Source: a phage. From it: a stretch of 64,000 nucleotides of DNA. Shown in pieces: positions 27,961 to 38,168 of the stretch. The notes below the pieces were generated by a model, which did no database searches, was not told the origin of the DNA, and was given only the letters and a program-made list of their open reading frames with translations. Where the stretch lies: the sequence record PZ445453.1; one strand, 5' to 3'. Position 1 is the stretch's first letter. Each line of letters starts with the position of its first letter. The translations under genes were made by a program, and so were the position numbers.

Positions 27961-29045
27961 TAAAAGTCTAACTCCTCGTCATCACTTACATCTTTATTTG
28001 CTGAATTCAGTTTGTAAGCTGTAATTTGGATCTCCTGTGCTGCTGCTTGGATTTGATCTGGATTTAACCAAACATCCATCCAAGGCAGTGGACTTTTCTT
28101 CGGTGCACGGAATTTGTGTTTCATTTTCAGTCTGCGATAGATAGGAGCAGCATTGAAGTAAACCCAAAGTTTGAACAACTCTGCGTTACCACCAACGATA
28201 ATCCTTCCTTCACTAAACAGATAGTCACACCAATCTTCCTCTTGTCCAACTACCGTGTCAAGAATTTCTGTCAGAACGTCGATATTATCTTCGTATACTT
28301 TTCTCCAGACAGGATCTTTCAGCAGTGCATCAATAATAGCATAATCCATTTTAACGTGCAATAGTTCATCCAACATAATTTTTTGAATGAGTTTAGCTGC
28401 ACCTACAAACAGTTGCTGCTCTGCTAAGGCAAATGTTGCAGCAAAAGAGGATATGAATTGAATGCCTTCCAGACCGATAAGTGCAATCATGCCTTTCAGG
28501 ATCAGTAGACGAAGGTTATCATCCTTCTCAATCAGACCTAGAGCATATTTATGTCCTGCCTCTGCCAGATCACTCATTATCTCTTCAACTATACCCATCC
28601 TCTGGAAGATTCTTTCGTTCTCCATAATCTGATCGATAACTTCATTTGGATTAGGGATACACTGACGAATAATTTCAGAATATGTCAAAGCGTGTAAAAC
28701 TTCCATTTCTGATTGCTTCATCATCATTGCACATGCTTCGTTGTTGCTTAAAAATGGTGCAAACAAAGTGATGATTGATTTAGCAAGTGAATCATTTTCC
28801 CATTGGAAAGATAGGTTTTTGATCATAACATCATAGTTGCTTTTAGAACAAGCTACGAAATCTTTTCGTGTCTGATCTAAGTTTACTTCGTTTTCATCCC
28901 AATCTTGCTGTTTTTGTAGTTTGTACAGACGATGCATTTCTGGGTATGTTACATTAATAGAATCAAAAATACCTAACTGTTCTCCCAAAAATACAGGGTA
29001 GAAACCTTCTTTGTAAGTGTCGTTGTATAAGTTAATTGCTGCCAT
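27960..29045 (-). CDS. nrdB: ribonucleotide reductase class Ia small subunit
   Basis: Ferritin-like di-iron R2 pattern, 361 aa, adjacent to nrdA. Confidence 0.88.
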   Translation of the reverse strand: MAAINLYNDTYKEGFYPVFLGEQLGIFDSINVTYPEMHRLYKLQKQQDWDENEVNLDQTRKDFVACSKSNYDVMIKNLSFQWENDSLAKSIITLFAPFLSNNEACAMMMKQSEMEVLHALTYSEIIRQCIPNPNEVIDQIMENERIFQRMGIVEEIMSDLAEAGHKYALGLIEKDDNLRLLILKGMIALIGLEGIQFISSFAATFALAEQQLFVGAAKLIQKIMLDELLHVKMDYAIIDALLKDPVWRKVYEDNIDVLTEILDTVVGQEEDWCDYLFSEGRIIVGGNAELFKLWVYFNAAPIYRRLKMKHKFRAPKKSPLPWMDVWLNPDQIQAAAQEIQITAYKLNSANKDVSDDEELDF

Positions 29046-29367
29046 TTAAATCCTCCACAATATCACACATTGCTTTTATTGTATCAATGTGTTCTCTCTC
29101 CATACCATCCTCTAGGTAAGCCTTCTCTAATGCGTCCCATACACTCTTTGTGAGTAGTATAGTAACCTCTCCCTCATACCTTGCTCTGGTTAAAGCATAC
29201 CAGGTAGCTATGGGATCATTGGAAGCCCATATTTCAACACTGGAAAATTGAAAACCTGCAATATAATGACAACACCAATCGAATGTAAAATCTTTACTAT
29301 CTACCAGTGTATAATTTCCCCAGCGTCTTTGTGGTGTTGCTCCAGGTAATACAACTAATGTAGGCAT
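29032..29367 (-). CDS. hypothetical protein
   Basis: Start set to ATG 29367 preceded by AAGGAGGA, downstream of nrdA terminator. Confidence 0.45.
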   Translation of the reverse strand: MPTLVVLPGATPQRRWGNYTLVDSKDFTFDWCCHYIAGFQFSSVEIWASNDPIATWYALTRARYEGEVTILLTKSVWDALEKAYLEDGMEREHIDTIKAMCDIVEDLNGSN

Positions 29368-29382
29368 ATTCCTCCTTAAGAA

Positions 29383-29401
29383 AGGGGGACAAAGCCCCCT
29401 A
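29383..29401 (-). terminator. intrinsic terminator after nrdA
   Basis: GGGGG-ACAAAG-CCCCC hairpin; T-run on minus strand. Confidence 0.6.
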
Positions 29402-29407
29402 GTTTCA

Positions 29408-31669
29408 TTACATCTTACAAGCCTCACAACCGGATTCTTCATCCTCTTGAGCGAGGGAGGTTGCCGATTTTGTTCTGCTATTTAGATAATACAAAGATTT
29501 ACCACCAAGTTTTGCAAACTGAAGGATATATTGCATTTCTGATTTAATGGATAAACGACCACCTTCCATCTTAGAATAGTCAATCCACTTATCACATGAT
29601 GCACCTTGATCTAAGAATTTAGTCAATAGTCCATATGCTTCAGCCATATCTTTATCTGGCGTATCCCAAGCCGATTGGTAAATATCTTTTAGTTTATCGT
29701 AATCTGGCACAATAAACAGGACATTACCTTTTTGGCTTTGTTTATAAACTATAGTATCACGTACAGGATACACAGAGTTAGTCGTATTACTTACAAGACT
29801 ACTGGACTCATTTGGAGCAATAGCTGCTAATACGCTATTTCGGATACCACCTTGTGCAATGATATCTTGTCGTAAACCTTCCCAATCCATTTTAAGTTTA
29901 AAATTGCCAATATCGTCTACAGCTTTAGCGTAGGTATCAATAGGCAACCATCCTTCAGGCCATTTGGTTTTATGCATCCATTCTGCATTACCTTTCTCTT
30001 TTGCCAAACGAAGAGAAGCTCTTGCTAACCAATAATAATGTCTTTCTGCTAATTCGTGAATTAGTTTTTTGCCGTAAGGATCTGAATAAGTAACAAAATT
30101 ACTTGCCAGATAATGTGCAAGGTTTGTAATACCTACACCGATAGACCTACGTGCTTTAGCAGTGATTTCGTTATGTTTAAACGGATACTGCATTGTTTCA
30201 ATAACATTATCAATAGTTAGAACGGTATAATATGCAACATCTTCATATTCTTCTGGTGTAACACGACCAGCTACAATAGAAGACAGGAAGCATAATGCCA
30301 ATTCTTGATCTTCTGTATTCTCACCTGTGAAAAGATCAGTCATATTGTGAAATGCTTTCGTAGGTAAGAAAATTTCTTGGCACAAGTTTGACTGGTAAAT
30401 AACATCCTTAAACGGAGTATGCTTATTAGCATTATCCGCAAAGAACATATAAATACGTCCTGTCTCTGCTCTTTGTGTAATAATTTCTGCCAGAAGATCT
30501 CGTGCTTTTACAAACTTCTTCTTAATTCGTTTGCGACTAACTTTTTCATATACTTCTTCAAACTCTTCCTCGCTTTTATAAAGCGCCTCATAGAGTTCTG
30601 GTGCTTCGTCATAACTGACTAGCATCCAATCTTTACCTTTTGCTGCACGACGCAGGAAAGCATTGTTTACTACGATAGAGTAATCAAGTTTATCTACTCG
30701 TTTTTCACTAACAGTAGTTGGGTTTTTCAAACGTACCAGATCTTCAAAATCAGGTTCTAATATTGTAAACGTTACTGTTGCACTTCCACCACGACTTGCT
30801 TGTTTTGATGCTCCAACACTTGTCTCCATCCATTTCAGGTATGGTAAAAGACCACCGTGAACGATACGGTTATTCTTAACACCTTGTCCTGTAGCACGGG
30901 TTTGGAGGTTAACACCAATACCTGCATTATTCAATGTATATTCATGAGCAAGATAGTTAGCAATTGCTAAAGATTCTGCTGTATCATCTGCTCTAAACAG
31001 ACAACAAGAAGCACTACCTTTAATCTTAGTACGCAAAGTTGTTAAATAAGGCGATGGTAAATTAATCTTGAGATCACTTACGTAGGTATATAGACGTTTA
31101 ATGTCTTCTACTCTGCGATCTTTTGGTTGAATTTCCATTACCTTCATTGCTACACCAATGAATAAAAACTGTGGTGATTCAAAAACAACATCATTGATCG
31201 CATCTTTCACAAGATACTTATCAACCATCTGGCGCAGTACGGAATAACCATAAGTTAGGTTTTTATCGTGATTGACAATTTTACCAATCTCAATAATTTC
31301 TTCTTCTGTATAATCCATTTTTCCCCAATAGCCTTTACTTACAGACATATTGTAGAAATCCAGGAGGGAGGGGATATTATGATATCCCCCATGAGCCTGT
31401 TTATAAATCATACCAAGAAGTAACCGACCTGCCATATCACTATATGCCTGATCTTTCTTATCAATACATGCTGCTATCATAGCTTTATGTAAATCACGAG
31501 TAGGCACACCGTCGTAACAACGTTTAACAGCTTCGAGTTCAATTTCAGACCAATTTAATTTACCAGCAGCAAACTCTGACCATTTACGAAGTTTTTCTGG
31601 ATTAAATTCTTCTTTCTTGCCGTTTGTTTTTGTTACATAACGGATAGATTTGCTTAGATACTGAGTCAC
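29408..31669 (-). CDS. nrdA: ribonucleotide reductase class Ia large subunit
   Basis: 753 aa, N-terminal ATP-cone-like region, C-terminal CEACKM redox cysteines. Confidence 0.9.
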   Translation of the reverse strand: MTQYLSKSIRYVTKTNGKKEEFNPEKLRKWSEFAAGKLNWSEIELEAVKRCYDGVPTRDLHKAMIAACIDKKDQAYSDMAGRLLLGMIYKQAHGGYHNIPSLLDFYNMSVSKGYWGKMDYTEEEIIEIGKIVNHDKNLTYGYSVLRQMVDKYLVKDAINDVVFESPQFLFIGVAMKVMEIQPKDRRVEDIKRLYTYVSDLKINLPSPYLTTLRTKIKGSASCCLFRADDTAESLAIANYLAHEYTLNNAGIGVNLQTRATGQGVKNNRIVHGGLLPYLKWMETSVGASKQASRGGSATVTFTILEPDFEDLVRLKNPTTVSEKRVDKLDYSIVVNNAFLRRAAKGKDWMLVSYDEAPELYEALYKSEEEFEEVYEKVSRKRIKKKFVKARDLLAEIITQRAETGRIYMFFADNANKHTPFKDVIYQSNLCQEIFLPTKAFHNMTDLFTGENTEDQELALCFLSSIVAGRVTPEEYEDVAYYTVLTIDNVIETMQYPFKHNEITAKARRSIGVGITNLAHYLASNFVTYSDPYGKKLIHELAERHYYWLARASLRLAKEKGNAEWMHKTKWPEGWLPIDTYAKAVDDIGNFKLKMDWEGLRQDIIAQGGIRNSVLAAIAPNESSSLVSNTTNSVYPVRDTIVYKQSQKGNVLFIVPDYDKLKDIYQSAWDTPDKDMAEAYGLLTKFLDQGASCDKWIDYSKMEGGRLSIKSEMQYILQFAKLGGKSLYYLNSRTKSATSLAQEDEESGCEACKM

Positions 31670-31680
31670 TTCCTCTCCTA

Positions 31681-31941
31681 TTAATTGTGCATGTTTAGAA
31701 CATCTACATCATAACCGCCACGCATCTCATTATATAAGCCATTTGCGTATAGAAAACCTTCAAAATGATCTATACCTTCAAAACCTTTTGCCTTTGCTTT
31801 GCGGTCTGCTTCTTGTCTTTTTGGGGATAATCTTTTAGATGTATCAAGGATAACTGTTACATTGCAACCTAATGTTTCATCAAAATAGACTTCAATTTCA
31901 CAGCCTTCATATTTATTACTTTCTGTCATTTGGCCTCTCAA
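31681..31941 (-). CDS. hypothetical protein
   Basis: 86-aa ORF. Confidence 0.5.
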   Translation of the reverse strand: MRGQMTESNKYEGCEIEVYFDETLGCNVTVILDTSKRLSPKRQEADRKAKAKGFEGIDHFEGFLYANGLYNEMRGGYDVDVLNMHN

Positions 31942-32352
31942 TTAGAATTCAGAATCATCATCTCGTGATGGATCATGTTCATTTCCGAAGTCTTCCATTT
32001 TGATATGAGAGCTACCCCAACCTGTAAAATCTTCTTCTCCAAAGTGCAAAATATCTACACCTTGATAGATTCGTTTATATTTATAGTCCTGTCGAACTGG
32101 GAAAGTATACAATGTAGTATTTGCAAACACCACACGTCGATTGTTGTTACTACGAATATTAACACCACGTTCTACTGTATAATGTCCATCGGTAGACATA
32201 CCAAGCATTACTAATGCTGCTCGCAATGTAGTGTTATGATATTCGTGAGGAATTTTTCCTCCGTGTTTTTTAGCCATTTCTTTCCAGATCGGTGTAGCCT
32301 TAATGGTAGACATACTTACGGTCGCCCAAATGGTTGTATTAATTAGTGACAT
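31942..32352 (-). CDS. hypothetical protein
   Basis: 136-aa ORF. Confidence 0.5.
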   Translation of the reverse strand: MSLINTTIWATVSMSTIKATPIWKEMAKKHGGKIPHEYHNTTLRAALVMLGMSTDGHYTVERGVNIRSNNNRRVVFANTTLYTFPVRQDYKYKRIYQGVDILHFGEEDFTGWGSSHIKMEDFGNEHDPSRDDDSEF

Positions 32353-32449
32353 AAATTCTCCTTCTCTCTTTTAAGGAGAGCATAGCTCTCCTAACGTTAG
32401 CCTATACTACACGAATCTCAATTAAAAGTCAACTATAATTTTAAGTTGA

Positions 32450-33421
32450 TCACCATTTTGTATGGTTAGTCAAAAGTTGACGATGTTGAATCCAACCACA
32501 GAAGTTTCCACTCCACAAACGATGTTTACGATCCATATGTGTAATACCTTCTTCCCAAGAGGAAGGGAACGGAGGAATATTAATACCACCTTTCTGTTGT
32601 TTTAATCCTGACAAATCCATTTCTTTCATTGGCGTTGCCTGGTGTTCAAACGGAGATGCATGTACCTTTTGTCCAGACAGCAAACGAGAATAGATATCCA
32701 ATGCTTTATCTTTAGTATCATTCAACTTACGATAACTTACCTGAGCGCAACAAGAAGCTGAAATAGCTTTTGCTTCATCTTCTGTCAACATTTTCTCGTT
32801 GGAGAAGGTTTCACCCAAGAAATAACGGATCATACCAGTTTCTGGATCTCGATCACGATTAACGTAAGGTGTATGCCACTCCCCTGGGAAAAGAAGATAT
32901 GGTTCAGAAGATTCATACAGTTTTTTAATTTCTTTAGCAAGAGCCTCAATAGTAGGATCTGCATCAGCATCTACACGCAACCACAAGAAGTTTTCTAATT
33001 CTGTAGTGGTTACTACAGTCTTCATACGCTGGAATGGTTCTAGTAGTCGGTTTGCAACCTGTTTATGATAACCAGCAAGGGCAAACTCTTCTGCAAAACG
33101 TGCAGCACTTAGCGCAGCCAAGTCCCACCATTCTTTTGCAGTGTAACCTGCATCAATCAGGGCATCGTGATCTGTGCCTTTATCTTGCATACCTGGTTGG
33201 TTAGCACCAAAACGATAAGGACGTGCTGGAGATTGCCGTACCATTTCAATTAGAGTTTTAACAGGGATAGCTCGACTTGATGCAGCATTACGAGAAAACA
33301 AACGATGCGTCATCAATTCAGAGTGAATGATTCGAGGATATTCAAGTTCAAAGGTAACAATATCCTTACCTTCAGATGTTTGAGAGTGTGCAATAATTTT
33401 TGCTGAAATAGAATCTGTCAT
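32450..33421 (-). CDS. thyX: flavin-dependent thymidylate synthase (ThyX-like)
   Basis: MTHRLFSRNAASSRA resembles ThyX RHR...S.R signature. Confidence 0.65.
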   Translation of the reverse strand: MTDSISAKIIAHSQTSEGKDIVTFELEYPRIIHSELMTHRLFSRNAASSRAIPVKTLIEMVRQSPARPYRFGANQPGMQDKGTDHDALIDAGYTAKEWWDLAALSAARFAEEFALAGYHKQVANRLLEPFQRMKTVVTTTELENFLWLRVDADADPTIEALAKEIKKLYESSEPYLLFPGEWHTPYVNRDRDPETGMIRYFLGETFSNEKMLTEDEAKAISASCCAQVSYRKLNDTKDKALDIYSRLLSGQKVHASPFEHQATPMKEMDLSGLKQQKGGINIPPFPSSWEEGITHMDRKHRLWSGNFCGWIQHRQLLTNHTKW

Positions 33422-33430
33422 TATTTCTCC

Positions 33431-34021
33431 TTAAGGTAGTAAAATACTTTCAATTTCTTCCCACTGATTATCTAAACCAGTGATAATTACATTAGGAAGT
33501 TTCTTTAACTCTTCCAAGTATGGATCTTCATAAATAGTGTTGAAATATATTTTCAACGTTTCATCTGGAAACAGGACAAGATTTTCAGCCCTATCATCAA
33601 TAGTTACGTCGCAAGGCAATAAGTATTTTTCTTTTGTTGCGAAAAAACCATTACCAGATGTTCTACTAAAATCCACTTTATCTAAAGACCGTGTTACGTG
33701 TCTATATTTAGAACTAAGGTGTCCACCCTTAGTGTGGCTTGCTATAGATATATTAGCTCCATTTGCAATTATACGATGAACAACATCTGTACTATTAGGT
33801 ACTACTCCCATAGTATCATATAGATGTTGGTTATCCCAAAAAGAGTAAGGATCTACACCAAATTGCTTTTTAAAATCAGGGAAATATTTCGTAATATCAT
33901 AATGCACAGTTTTATGTGTATTATCAAATTTGATATTAGATCTACTTACCGCATTTAACCAATTTAACCACTCTATATCCGCAGGAGCTATTACTAAATC
34001 CCAATCACATACTAGACGCAT
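33431..34021 (-). CDS. HAD-family nucleotidase-like protein
   Basis: Start set to ATG 34021 (AGGAG RBS) giving N-terminal MRLVCDWDLV = HAD motif I (DxDx[TV]). Confidence 0.45.
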   Translation of the reverse strand: MRLVCDWDLVIAPADIEWLNWLNAVSRSNIKFDNTHKTVHYDITKYFPDFKKQFGVDPYSFWDNQHLYDTMGVVPNSTDVVHRIIANGANISIASHTKGGHLSSKYRHVTRSLDKVDFSRTSGNGFFATKEKYLLPCDVTIDDRAENLVLFPDETLKIYFNTIYEDPYLEELKKLPNVIITGLDNQWEEIESILLP

Positions 34022-34568
34022 TATTTCTCCTGTTATAACATTTTCTACACATTGTTTCGTAAATGTCTTCTCCCCCAATAACAATCTGTTCTTTAGAGTC
34101 GATAAGTCTAGCATTGAAAATAGCTTTTCTTCCACATTTACAAATGCTTTTCAATTCTGTAATTGAATCTGCTATGGCTAATAACCGTTCAGAACCTTCA
34201 AACAATTCTGTAGCAAAATCTGTTTTAAGTCCATAGCAGAATACAGGAATATCGTAATTATCTACCACATCTCCAAGAATGTCAACCATATCTTTAGTTA
34301 GGAATTGTGATTCATCTACAAATACTGCATCTACTGGATTTTCTTTAAGCTGTGTATAAATTTCCAGCATATCTTCTTTTGTTTTAACTGGTTTTGCTTC
34401 CTCTTTAATACCTAGCCTAGAAGCAATAGCACAACCAGATCTGGTATCTAAAGCTGAAGTTAAAAGAAGAACTTTCATATTTCTTTCTTTATAGTTCCAA
34501 GCTGTTTGTAGAAGATGTGTGCTTTTACCACTGTTCATCGGACTATATCGGAAATAAAGTTTAGCCAT
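34005..34568 (-). CDS. tdk: thymidine kinase
   Basis: MAKLYFRYSPMNSGKSTHLLQ P-loop, VDESQFL, C-terminal CxxC...CRKCY; collinear with E. coli Tdk. Confidence 0.9.
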   Translation of the reverse strand: MAKLYFRYSPMNSGKSTHLLQTAWNYKERNMKVLLLTSALDTRSGCAIASRLGIKEEAKPVKTKEDMLEIYTQLKENPVDAVFVDESQFLTKDMVDILGDVVDNYDIPVFCYGLKTDFATELFEGSERLLAIADSITELKSICKCGRKAIFNARLIDSKEQIVIGGEDIYETMCRKCYNRRNNASSM

Positions 34569-34613
34569 ATTTTCTCCTCTAACGCTCCCGTTTGTGGGAG
34601 CGATAATACTTTA

Positions 34614-35189
34614 TTATTTCTCTTCGTCAAGAAGAATTTTTACTATTTGTTTTCTTCGCTTACTTACTGTACTTTCTGGTGAAATTCCGCGCTTCGTTAG
34701 CCAATTTTTATCCTTTTTAGACTGGCATAAAGCTATCGCTTCCTTCTCCGCTTTTGCTTCCCTGAATGTCATATCGTGCTTGTCAGCATAAGCCAGGATA
34801 GCGTTACACTGCTTACAAACTACACGCAGGTCGTCTTCTGTTACATACAATAGGCGTAAAACAAAACTTGGGATATCTTCATAACAGGTTAATGTACCTG
34901 CTGCATTGATATGGTCTACTTGAAAGTCTTTCATACCTCCTGTGTGTCCACACAATTCACACTTACAATTCCAAACCTGTTTCGGTTTGCCTGTTTTCTT
35001 ATCTAAAACTACATTGCCATCTTTGTCCAACCTATCGGCTTTAAATCGTACAGATTGGATCTTTTTTATCTTATTTGGGTGTCTCACCCATGCTTTCCTT
35101 AAGCAACCCCTTAAATATGTATAAAAGGCTGCTTGAGTTTTCCAAGGTGTTCCATCTCCCCAAATAACTTTAGGTTCTTTATTTTCCAA
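34614..35189 (-). CDS. HNH endonuclease (free-standing)
   Basis: CKCELCGHT...QVDHINA...CKQCN. Confidence 0.55.
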   Translation of the reverse strand: MENKEPKVIWGDGTPWKTQAAFYTYLRGCLRKAWVRHPNKIKKIQSVRFKADRLDKDGNVVLDKKTGKPKQVWNCKCELCGHTGGMKDFQVDHINAAGTLTCYEDIPSFVLRLLYVTEDDLRVVCKQCNAILAYADKHDMTFREAKAEKEAIALCQSKKDKNWLTKRGISPESTVSKRRKQIVKILLDEEK

Positions 35190-35373
35190 TAGTGCTCACC
35201 TTTTTAGCTACATAATCTCCAGGTGGGATGTTATATTTAAAGAAAAGCATACGGTCTAAACCAGCCTTACACATGTTTTCTGGGATTGTGATTGTATATA
35301 GGAGTTTATCTCCACGCTTATTGTATATTTTATATACTTCACCCTCTCCGTATTGTTTACCGTGAGAAGCCAT
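35179..35373 (-). CDS. hypothetical protein
   Basis: 64-aa ORF. Confidence 0.45.
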   Translation of the reverse strand: MASHGKQYGEGEVYKIYNKRGDKLLYTITIPENMCKAGLDRMLFFKYNIPPGDYVAKKVSTIGK

Positions 35374-35758
35374 CTACACTCTCCTTCAATTGTTCAATAG
35401 CATCTGCTGCTTCAATGTACTTACCTTTATACATTGCTTTTAAAGCCTTACGAACAAGATCATCGTCTGTGTATAAATCAATTAGCTGATTAGCTAACTC
35501 AATTTTTACAGGGTTTTTTAGATTAGGGTAGGCTTCATACAACATATTGTAATACTTATCACTCAATTCTTTTTCAATATGAATAACGTGAATCGCTTTG
35601 TTTAGGTTGATCACACGATCACCTTTGTTTCGACAAGCATACTTAGCTAACTTAGTGAAACAAGGAGTTGCACCAATTAGATATGCAAGTTCCAAAGGTT
35701 GCATACGCATACGTTTGTAGTGATCACCATCAATTTGAATATCCAGTGCTGTAGTCAT
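35357..35758 (-). CDS. hypothetical protein
   Basis: 133-aa ORF with GGAGGA RBS. Confidence 0.5.
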   Translation of the reverse strand: MTTALDIQIDGDHYKRMRMQPLELAYLIGATPCFTKLAKYACRNKGDRVINLNKAIHVIHIEKELSDKYYNMLYEAYPNLKNPVKIELANQLIDLYTDDDLVRKALKAMYKGKYIEAADAIEQLKESVDGFSR

Positions 35759-35773
35759 AAATCCTCCAAAAAT

Positions 35774-35796
35774 AAAGGGGCTTTCGCCCCTTTTTA
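35774..35796. terminator. bidirectional intrinsic terminator
   Basis: GGGGC-TTTC-GCCCC hairpin flanked by A-run and T-run. Confidence 0.65.
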
Positions 35797-36759
35797 TTAA
35801 ATTCCAATAACAGTGTTTACACGCTTCTCTTTGCTACGCAAATTAACACGTCCACGAGACAGGCTATTACATGATGTGCATCTTAGCACTTGGAATGTAC
35901 TAACCGCTGTTGTGTAAACCTTACCAGGAACAACTTCAAGGTGCTCTTTACCGCAACGAGGACAACGAAGTTTTTCATCGTCATAGAATGCAGATACGTT
36001 AGGATGCTGTGGAATCCACGCACGAAGTTTGATGTAAAGATCTCTAAGAGAAACAACATCACCATCGTTGTATGTTTGCATACGGAAGAAGGCGTGTCTG
36101 TCTCCTTCACAACATGCTTTCCACAAAGGAAAACCTTCATTGTCAAGTTTAAAGTTTTCTGTATCAAAATACAAACACATTTCTTTAAGCGCATTAGAAG
36201 GTAGTGCAAACTGCTTCTTAGCTGCCTTGAGTGTATCAATTACAACATAGTGTGATGGTGGCTCCATACCGTGAAAAGCAAAACGTTGGTTAATATAAGC
36301 CTTATCAAACTTAATACCGTTGTGTGCGATCACAATATCTGCATCGTCAAGCAAGTGCCACAGATCTTGACATAATTCCCAATCATCTGTATGATCTATG
36401 TCAAACAGAGGGTAATTGCTAAGGTTCTTACCTTCTACTTCTCCTGTTTCTAAATCAGCAGATGAATAGGAGAGCAAGTAACCTCGACGAATAACTTGTT
36501 CAGGTGCAATAAAGGCTTTGAAACGTGAGAAGCTATACACAATCTCCGGTGCTGTCTCTACGTCAATAATTTTAATTACTGGCCCACCTTTATCTTGCGG
36601 AGCACCGCGATGTGGTGAATTTACACGAGCTAAGTAATCATTTACTGTGCTCTTCTTACTAGAACTTCCCAACACCTCTTGTGCAATCTTACGCGAAGAA
36701 TAACCTTGTGCTTTCATAGATACAATCAAGGCTTTCTGTTCGTCTGTTAATTTACTCAA
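35797..36759 (-). CDS. DEDD-family 3'-5' exonuclease with N-terminal HTH and C-terminal Zn-ribbon
   Basis: IIDVETAP (Exo I), IAHNGIKFD (Exo II), CPRCGK...CTSCN. Confidence 0.55.
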   Translation of the reverse strand: MSKLTDEQKALIVSMKAQGYSSRKIAQEVLGSSSKKSTVNDYLARVNSPHRGAPQDKGGPVIKIIDVETAPEIVYSFSRFKAFIAPEQVIRRGYLLSYSSADLETGEVEGKNLSNYPLFDIDHTDDWELCQDLWHLLDDADIVIAHNGIKFDKAYINQRFAFHGMEPPSHYVVIDTLKAAKKQFALPSNALKEMCLYFDTENFKLDNEGFPLWKACCEGDRHAFFRMQTYNDGDVVSLRDLYIKLRAWIPQHPNVSAFYDDEKLRCPRCGKEHLEVVPGKVYTTAVSTFQVLRCTSCNSLSRGRVNLRSKEKRVNTVIGI

Positions 36760-36880
36760 TGTTCCTCCTGCTCTGAAATATATGCTTGTAGCATACTTTC
36801 AAAAGTTGTTTCATCATTCGCCCAACGTTTCATATATACCAACTGAAAAATTGTCTCTATCCATTCGTCAGTTGTCATCT

Positions 36881-37873
36881 CTACTTCTTCACCATCCCAA
36901 GAAGTAAATTTAACGCCATCTGGGAACCATCATAATACTGATCTTTAACTGTCTGAAAAAGTTCAGCCTGTGTTTTACATTTGGAAATAAGATTAAAGCA
37001 AGTAATATCTCCAAACTTAACATCGAAATCTTGGTAAGGTCGAATACTATCTGTCTTATCGCCCATTAGCATTTGATAAGCTAACCAGTAACTACCCCAG
37101 CCCTTAATTTCTTTTTTCTTACCTTTTTCTACGATCCAGATATCGCCGATAGATTCATCAATCAGAATAATACAAGGATTTTTATAAACACCATCCTCTT
37201 TATAAAAGTTAAAGAGTAAACTCGGTGTGTGCAAGCTATCTTTGTCGATAGATGCTACAATATGAGAAAACTTACCAGTTTCCTTGTAGGCTTTATACCC
37301 TGCATATCCATAGATTTCTAAAGCATCATCTGCCTCAATACCAGTAACAACGTCACCGTTATGTTTTTCAACTAGATAATCTTTAGTATCTGATAAATGG
37401 ATTGGTCTTAAATCTGATCGTTCTGATTTATATTCTTTTGGCATTTTGAAAGAATGCCGGAAGGTTTTTCCTACCCCGATGACACCGCAATACTTTTGAA
37501 GTTTTAGGTGATCCATCATCTGGGTTATTTTTGTCTTTGCAGCTTGAAACGTAAAAGAAATATTGTCTGGGACTATTTGAACGTCTTTTATTTCAAAATC
37601 TTCTCTAGAGAACAACTTCTTACCAGCAGCTTCGCGTTGCGCGTTAAGTGCTCCTAGCCATCCTCCAATATTTTTTGAAGATTTACCCCAAAAATCTGTT
37701 CTTGTTTCAAACTCTTTTACATTACCGGAAGCCTTGTGTACAGCGTGGATTTTTCTTTGTTCTAAAGCTGAAGACGCTTGGAACGCCACTTGATCGTAGT
37801 CTATTGCAAGAATTGTGTTCTCGTCAACATATTTGTGCAGGTCTTCCGGTTGGATTAAAATGTAGCCGCTAAT
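36881..37873 (-). CDS. T4-type RNase H / 5'-3' flap endonuclease, non-canonical start
   Basis: GIEADDALEI, SIDKD, GDKTDSIRP align to T4 RNase H; conserved N-terminal block ILAIDYDQVAFQ lies upstream of the GTG used by the ORF track, so CDS extended to an in-frame ATT. Confidence 0.65.
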   Translation of the reverse strand: MSGYILIQPEDLHKYVDENTILAIDYDQVAFQASSALEQRKIHAVHKASGNVKEFETRTDFWGKSSKNIGGWLGALNAQREAAGKKLFSREDFEIKDVQIVPDNISFTFQAAKTKITQMMDHLKLQKYCGVIGVGKTFRHSFKMPKEYKSERSDLRPIHLSDTKDYLVEKHNGDVVTGIEADDALEIYGYAGYKAYKETGKFSHIVASIDKDSLHTPSLLFNFYKEDGVYKNPCIILIDESIGDIWIVEKGKKKEIKGWGSYWLAYQMLMGDKTDSIRPYQDFDVKFGDITCFNLISKCKTQAELFQTVKDQYYDGSQMALNLLLGMVKK

Positions 37874-37881
37874 ATTACCTC

Positions 37882-38094
37882 CTATTCATCATCTGAACTC
37901 TCTGTTGAGAATGTTCGTGTGTAGGGACACTGACGACTTGCAGAAACCTCTATAACCTTGTCGTACATACCGTTAGAGTAAAAACAGTATTTTGTACTTC
38001 CAGAAACTTGTTCTCCAGAATTAATTAAAGTTATTTGACCAGCATAAGAATAAGAACTGATTACTAAAAGTAAACCGACAAGAAGTTTTTTCAT
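37882..38094 (-). CDS. small secreted/lipoprotein-like protein
   Basis: MKKLLVGLLLVISSYSYAG signal-peptide-like N-terminus. Confidence 0.5.
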   Translation of the reverse strand: MKKLLVGLLLVISSYSYAGQITLINSGEQVSGSTKYCFYSNGMYDKVIEVSASRQCPYTRTFSTESSDDE

Positions 38095-38168
38095 GGTGTG
38101 TCTCCTTAAAAGCCCACCTAACTAAGTAGGTAGGCATATTAACACATATTAAATTAGTAAGTCAAGTA

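Noticed and set aside
28116-30622. Antisense ORFs inside nrdB and nrdA (28116-28364, 30419-30622), and similar antisense ORFs inside the rml genes, ligase and terminase
   Set aside because: Fully embedded on the opposite strand of strongly supported enzyme genes, with low-complexity translations.
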